A stretch of DNA of 47,702 nt, taken from NCBI GenBank assembly GCA_024399785.1, contig JAKSNM010000001.1, forward strand, positions 1 to 47,702, given 5' to 3'. The number at the start of each line of letters is the position of its first letter. Position 1 is the first letter of the stretch. Shown here one piece after another: positions 43,389-47,702 of the stretch. This DNA is from Paludibacteraceae bacterium. GTDB taxonomy: Bacteria; Bacteroidota; Bacteroidia; Bacteroidales; Paludibacteraceae. Made by a program: the position numbers and the translations under genes. Under the pieces are notes generated by a model. It worked only from the letters and a program-made list of their open reading frames with translations, did not search any database and was not told the DNA's origin.

Positions 43389-44761
43389 TATTCAATCTCC
43401 TTTCTCATATAGTCCAATGCCTCGCGTACAATAGCTTGCAGGGGCATTTTACTGGTACATACATATTCGCATAGCGCAAAGTCCTCAGGAGCTACTTCGC
43501 TGGCACCCAGTTCTATCATCTTGTCCAGGTTTAGTGCGATCATAGCTTTGATTAGTTGCTCTGGGTAGATATCCATGGGGAACACTTTGTCGTATTCGCC
43601 ACTTACGATGATGGCGCGACGGCCGCCTTTCAGGCGTGCATCCCATTGATATTGACGTGGGCCGAATAGCCAGCGCAGGCATTTGCAGTCCAGCATCTTG
43701 CCTGGGTCGGTATTGCCGAAGTGGAAGTCGCGCAGGCGGGGCAGCATCCAACCCATGAACTCGTGTTTGTCGCTACCTTCGGCTATCACGGTGTACAGGT
43801 TGTTGTATGGGTTGATGATGTTGTCCAGGTCTATCTGTTTACCGTCCAGCACATTGCCTGCTATCATGCGGCAGGGGGCTTCGCGGTGGAAATTAGCTTT
43901 TAGTATAGCCGATACGGGCATACCAGGCAGCACGTTATAGTACTGACGACCGTATGCCATTGGGCCAGCCAGGGCTACTTTCTTTTGCATGTCCACTTTG
44001 CCAGTGGCCAGGAACTTGCCTATCAACGCCAGGTCTTGTATGCCAATGGTCCAGATAGTCTCGCCTTGGCGCATAGGGCGTATGTGGTTGATTTGTACGC
44101 CTACGTTTCCTGCTGGGTGTGCGCCTGCTACTTCATATAGCACGCAGTCCTTCAGGGCGCGAAACTCCGTAGCGGCAGCGCCTGCTTTGATGCCTACATA
44201 CACGGTGGCTATCTGGCTCAGGGCCGAGATGGCGGTTTGCAGCATCGATCCTTGTCCTTTCAGTACCCACTCAAAGTCGGGTGCGAGAGGTGCGGAGCAG
44301 AAAGTGGAGATAAAGATAGCTTGAGGCTCTTTGTTGGGCAACGCGATACAGGCGTAAGGGCGCTGCTTGATTAGGGGCCACAAACCAGATTGTAACAATA
44401 GATCTCTTACATCTTCTTTCAACTTTAAACTTTCAACTTTAAACTTGAAATCAATGTATTCAATCTTGGCATCTGCTTTGATGTTGATGGATAGTATCTT
44501 GCGGCGGTCTCCGCGTACTATCTCTGCTACTTCGCCGCTAACGGGCGATGTGAACAGCATCTGAGCAAATGTCTTGTCGTGAAACAGGGGGCTGCCTGCT
44601 TTCACTTTGTCGCCAACCTTCACGTCCAGTTTAGGCGTGATGCCAGCATAGTGGTCGGGCACTATCCGAAAGATGTCGGGGCGGTTCACACTGCCTAGTG
44701 TGCATTCCGCTTTGCCATCTATGGGTAGGTCTAAACCACGTTTCAAGATGATTTGTTGCAT
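43388..44761 (-). CDS. nqrA: Na+-NQR subunit A
   Basis: 457 aa with 'KRGLDLPIDGKA' N-terminus. First gene of nqrABCDEF. Confidence 0.95.
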   Translation of the reverse strand: MQQIILKRGLDLPIDGKAECTLGSVNRPDIFRIVPDHYAGITPKLDVKVGDKVKAGSPLFHDKTFAQMLFTSPVSGEVAEIVRGDRRKILSINIKADAKIEYIDFKFKVESLKLKEDVRDLLLQSGLWPLIKQRPYACIALPNKEPQAIFISTFCSAPLAPDFEWVLKGQGSMLQTAISALSQIATVYVGIKAGAAATEFRALKDCVLYEVAGAHPAGNVGVQINHIRPMRQGETIWTIGIQDLALIGKFLATGKVDMQKKVALAGPMAYGRQYYNVLPGMPVSAILKANFHREAPCRMIAGNVLDGKQIDLDNIINPYNNLYTVIAEGSDKHEFMGWMLPRLRDFHFGNTDPGKMLDCKCLRWLFGPRQYQWDARLKGGRRAIIVSGEYDKVFPMDIYPEQLIKAMIALNLDKMIELGASEVAPEDFALCEYVCTSKMPLQAIVREALDYMRKEIE

Positions 44762-44799
44762 GATGATTAATTGTTTTTAGTTTATATATTGTTTCTTTT

Positions 44800-45306
44800 T
44801 TAGCATGTTCCTATATAGCGCAACAGACGGCTATGTCCGTTGTCGTCTAGTCCGCAGCCTACGAAGTAGTCTTTTGTGTTGTCGTCTATGCAGCTGTATA
44901 GATTCATTTCTGGCTCGTTCATGCAGGGCACTCGTTTCAGCAGTGTTACGGCCATCAGGCTCTTGCTGTGGTCTTTTAGGCTGGCGTATGCAGCGCGCAG
45001 GGTCTCGCCTGAGTCGCAGATGTCGTCTATTATCACGATATCTTTTTGGCTCAAATCCTCCTCGGGCAGCAGTTCCCAGTGAAACTCGCCACGAGTGTTG
45101 TTGGTGTAGGAGTGACCTTTTATATAATATACGGGATTGTCTATGTCGCCCAGGGCGTCAAATAGTTTGTGGGCGAACCATACTCCGCCCGACAGCATTA
45201 CCAGAAACACGGTGTTGTTGCTTACCAGTTGCTCGTGTTTTAGTTTGCGGGCCATTTGTCTGATGCGCCAGTTGATGCGCCAGCGTGAGTATTTACAGGG
45301 GTACAT
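44800..45306 (-). CDS. type I phosphoribosyltransferase (hypoxanthine PRT-like)
   Basis: PRPP-binding loop 'DIVIIDDICDSGETL' and ~165 aa length. Confidence 0.7.
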   Translation of the reverse strand: MYPCKYSRWRINWRIRQMARKLKHEQLVSNNTVFLVMLSGGVWFAHKLFDALGDIDNPVYYIKGHSYTNNTRGEFHWELLPEEDLSQKDIVIIDDICDSGETLRAAYASLKDHSKSLMAVTLLKRVPCMNEPEMNLYSCIDDNTKDYFVGCGLDDNGHSRLLRYIGTC

Positions 45307-45331
45307 AGTTCTATCTGCTCATTTTAGGCCA

Positions 45332-45339
45332 CAAAAGTA
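45332..45339 (-). promoter_or_regulatory. -7 box (TACTTTTG) for the PRT gene (and possibly nqr)
   Basis: CAAAAGTA on the plus strand, ~25 nt upstream of ATG 45306. Confidence 0.5.
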
Positions 45340-45419
45340 CAAAATTTTTATGATATATCCAAATTTATTTCCAAATTGCAAAGTTGGGAATACAAAAACC
45401 TCCCTCAATCCTCAAATAA

Positions 45420-46772
45420 TTATAGAAGAGACGTCATATAGAGAGGAAGATACATAATACCTTCTTTTTGGCAAACATCACCATCGTACAACACATAGCA
45501 CATGTGAAGTTGTTCACGATACTTATTGATGAACTTAGATAATGACTTCAAAGAAAGCGTTCCTCGACCTGACTTGACTTCAATAGGACAAATATTATGA
45601 CGAGACGTAATAGAAGCCTTTGCTACTAAAAAATCAATTTCCATTTTAGAATCGACACTGGTTGTTTCGGGTGTGCAATAAAAATATAACCGCCTATCTC
45701 TAGCTTTAAGCATTTGGGCTACCATGTTTTCAACTACCAATCCGAGATTGGCCTCCAACTTGCCTAAACGAATTTTTTCATAAATTTCAGTAGGCACCTG
45801 ACCATTGGCATCAAAAGCCATACTGACCAACAAACCTGTATCACCCATATAACATTTCAGACGCGTGCGGTCTGTATTGAGACGTAAACCGACGCTAGGT
45901 TCGGTGGTGTTCCAGCAGATATTGACTATGCCCGAATCACGCAACCAAAAGAAGGCACTTTCGTAATTAATATATCTAGCTGATGGACCCAAATCGGACA
46001 TTTGAAAATAGCGTTCATGTCGCTGCAACTGACCAGGTAAGTCTTGAAAAATAGCCACTGCTTTAGCTTCTGCTCCTGTAGCATATTGATGAATATCATT
46101 TTCGTACAAATTTAGTATAGTACGTTTTTCATATTCAACTTGCCGAAAATCACCCGATGCGACCCACCTACTTACCACTTGCGGCATACCACCAATCAAC
46201 ATATACAAACGCCATAACTCCATTGCTTTGCGATGAATAGGTCCCATAGGTTTAGCAGCGTTAAAACACTCAACTATATATGGCATTAGCATATCTTCAC
46301 CAATCGCCCACAAGAACTCTTCAAAATCCATAGGGAACATACGCAAAGAAATCTCCTCGCTGGGAATAACAATATCCTTGACGTTCTTTTTAATGCGAAT
46401 CAATGACCCTGTTTCAATATAGTCGTACCTGCCATCAGCAACTAAATATTTAATGGCTGCCCGTGCTTGAGGATAGAGTTGCACCTCATCAAATATAATG
46501 CAAGACTTACGCTCCACTAGGTGCACTCCGTAATGCAATTGCAGCATGCGAAGAAATTCGTCTGTATTGTGCAAAAAATGGTCAAATAAATCAAATTCCT
46601 CTTTGCCTAAATGGTTGAAGTCAACCAATATATATGAATCATATTCATTTTTGGCAAATTGTTCCACAATATAGCTCTTGCCTATGCGGCGTGCTCCTTC
46701 GACCATTGCGGCCGAATGTCCTTGACTAGTATGTTTCCAATCTAATAGTTGATTGTAGATTTTTCTTTTCAT
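45420..46772 (-). CDS. AAA+ ATPase, AAA_14 + DUF4143 family
   Basis: 'MVEGARRIGKSY' Walker A, 'IIFDEVQ' Walker B, and a C-terminal DUF4143-like region. This family is commonly multi-copy in Bacteroidales accessory DNA. Confidence 0.8.
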   Translation of the reverse strand: MKRKIYNQLLDWKHTSQGHSAAMVEGARRIGKSYIVEQFAKNEYDSYILVDFNHLGKEEFDLFDHFLHNTDEFLRMLQLHYGVHLVERKSCIIFDEVQLYPQARAAIKYLVADGRYDYIETGSLIRIKKNVKDIVIPSEEISLRMFPMDFEEFLWAIGEDMLMPYIVECFNAAKPMGPIHRKAMELWRLYMLIGGMPQVVSRWVASGDFRQVEYEKRTILNLYENDIHQYATGAEAKAVAIFQDLPGQLQRHERYFQMSDLGPSARYINYESAFFWLRDSGIVNICWNTTEPSVGLRLNTDRTRLKCYMGDTGLLVSMAFDANGQVPTEIYEKIRLGKLEANLGLVVENMVAQMLKARDRRLYFYCTPETTSVDSKMEIDFLVAKASITSRHNICPIEVKSGRGTLSLKSLSKFINKYREQLHMCYVLYDGDVCQKEGIMYLPLYMTSLL

Positions 46773-46780
46773 AATGCGTT

Positions 46781-46865
46781 ATTTAACGAATTCGGCATAA
46801 CTTTTAATAGAAAATTTAACGAATTCGGCATAGTTTACAATAGGAAATTTAACGAATTCGACCGC
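46781..46865. repeat. three direct copies of ATTTAACGAATTCG(G/A)C at an exact 33-bp period
   Basis: Copies start at 46781, 46814 and 46847. Each contains the palindrome CGAATTCG. Copy 3 abuts the ATPase -7 box. Confidence 0.9.
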
Positions 46866-46872
46866 AAAGGTA
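46865..46872 (-). promoter_or_regulatory. -7 box (TACCTTTG) for the AAA+ ATPase gene
   Basis: CAAAGGTA on the plus strand, ~95 nt upstream of ATG 46772. Confidence 0.5.
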
Positions 46873-46936
46873 CTACATTTTTTTGATATAACCAAATTCT
46901 TTCTCAAAAATATTTGCAGATTCCAAATATTTGTTG

Positions 46937-46944
46937 TACCTTTG
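46937..46944 (+). promoter_or_regulatory. -7 box (TACCTTTG) for the MNT-HepT operon
   Basis: CCAAATATTTGTTGTACCTTTGCAG, ~30 nt upstream of ATG 46975. Confidence 0.6.
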
Positions 46945-46974
46945 CAGTCGAAAAACAAAAATGGAAGAAAAAAT

Positions 46975-47283
46975 ATGACGAGTGCTGAAGTGCAAAATAT
47001 GATACCTAAAATACAGCAGTATTTCGCTACACAACCTATCGAACGGGCATATCTATTCGGATCTTGCTCGCGAGGAGAAGAAACATCTGATAGCGATATT
47101 GATCTGTTGGTAACATACTCAGATACCGACAATTTGTCTCTGCTGACTATGTGTCATATCATGAATGAACTTTCTGACACATTGGGACGTCCTGTGGATA
47201 TGGTAGAGGAAAATGGTTTGATGCCTTTTGCTAAAGAATCTGTTAATCAAGATAAGTTACTGATTTATGAGAGAGCCAATTAG
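46975..47283 (+). CDS. mntA: MNT-type nucleotidyltransferase antitoxin
   Basis: 'LFGSCSRGEETSDSDIDLLV' (GSxxRG...DxD). Start moved to ATG 46975 because the TTG at 46942 lies inside the promoter box. Confidence 0.85.
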   Translation: MTSAEVQNMIPKIQQYFATQPIERAYLFGSCSRGEETSDSDIDLLVTYSDTDNLSLLTMCHIMNELSDTLGRPVDMVEENGLMPFAKESVNQDKLLIYERAN

Positions 47284-47611
47284 AGATAAAGGTCGATTAG
47301 AGCATATCATGCAAAGTATCCACAATTTGCAGGACTTTTCTAAAGGAAAGACATTAACAGATGTGCAAAACAATCCCATCTTGTATTTCGCTTTGGTGAA
47401 GAACATTGAGATAATAGGAGAAGCTGCTTATATGCTTTCTATTGAATTTAAGCAGAAACATCCTCTTACTAATTGGCGTGATATTATCTCTATGCGTCAT
47501 GTTTTAGTGCATGGGTATTATGCGATTAGTCCAGGGCATGTTTGGTCCGTTATAGAAAAGGATATTGAACCACTAAGAAGTCAAATTAAGCAGTACCTTT
47601 CTGAATTTTGA
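47267..47611 (+). CDS. hepT: HepT (DUF86) RNase toxin
   Basis: 'RHVLVHGY' is the Rx4HxY motif. Overlaps the MNT gene by 17 nt. Confidence 0.85.
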   Translation: MREPIRDKGRLEHIMQSIHNLQDFSKGKTLTDVQNNPILYFALVKNIEIIGEAAYMLSIEFKQKHPLTNWRDIISMRHVLVHGYYAISPGHVWSVIEKDIEPLRSQIKQYLSEF

Positions 47612-47637
47612 TATATGCAAATTTTGCACTAAAAAAA

Positions 47638-47674
47638 ACTACACAGTGTACCTGTCGCACTGTGTAGTTTTTTG
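47638..47674 (+). terminator. rho-independent terminator after hepT
   Basis: ACTACACAGTG-tacctgtcg-CACTGTGTAGT (11-bp stem) followed by TTTTT. Confidence 0.85.
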
Positions 47675-47702
47675 TGTCAATTCTCCAACTCTCCTTGCCC
47701 TA

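Noticed and set aside
44415-44455. The AACTTTAAACTTTCAACTTTAAACTT word repeat inside nqrA as an inserted intergenic-type repeat.
   Set aside because: It is in frame (FKFKVESLKLKED). From memory, it falls where other NqrA proteins have a comparable-length variable segment, so there is no evidence of insertion without an alignment.

Overview
A 47.7-kb chromosomal segment from a Bacteroidota genome, probably Bacteroidales and Prevotella-like. The taxon call rests on the T9SS genes porU/porV, a gldF-like permease, a complete Na+-NQR operon, TAnnTTTG -7 promoter boxes upstream of first-in-operon genes (found for about a dozen genes; later genes in operons were not assessed), and no Shine-Dalgarno sequences. 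Most of the window is housekeeping: pheT, prfC, sufE, aroK, ispF, porV, porU, der, a slyD-like PPIase, an LptD-like OMP, pheS, DUF177-rpmF, an rluB-like gene, nadE, a dsbD-like gene, class-3 fbp, nqrFEDCBA and tRNA-Glu(CUC). By eye, three stretches look lower in GC and accessory. (i) 4.9-6.6 kb holds a four-helix-bundle protein and a nucleoside permease, bracketed by inverted repeat arrays. (ii) 21.2-26.8 kb is a compact integrase-less phage-derived island. It has a candidate lysis cassette (muralytic enzyme, two paralogous small proteins, holin, u-spanin-like lipoprotein) facing a divergent operon of small genes. That operon includes an HNH endonuclease and a winged-helix replication-initiator-like gene with four 21-bp iteron-like repeats plus an AT-rich tract inside it. 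The island abuts a 5'-truncated TolC-family pseudogene. (iii) 45.3-47.7 kb holds a DUF4143 AAA+ ATPase and an MNT/HepT toxin-antitoxin pair. The most interesting unexplained signals are listed here. First, a dispersed, stop-codon-abutting intergenic repeat family built on TCTAAAC/GTTTAGA heptamers, at seven loci. Second, a ~0.55-kb GC-rich, ORF-less segment next to pheS that has its own mirror-image promoter copy, making it a candidate structured ncRNA or long leader. Third, a rubrerythrin-type CxxC...CxxC extension on NqrC. Fourth, a G9 tract separating two overlapping protein-like frames in the island's first gene. Fifth, several exactly 11-bp or 33-bp phased repeat arrays. Everything here comes from reading the sequence and ORF translations; no searches or computations were run.
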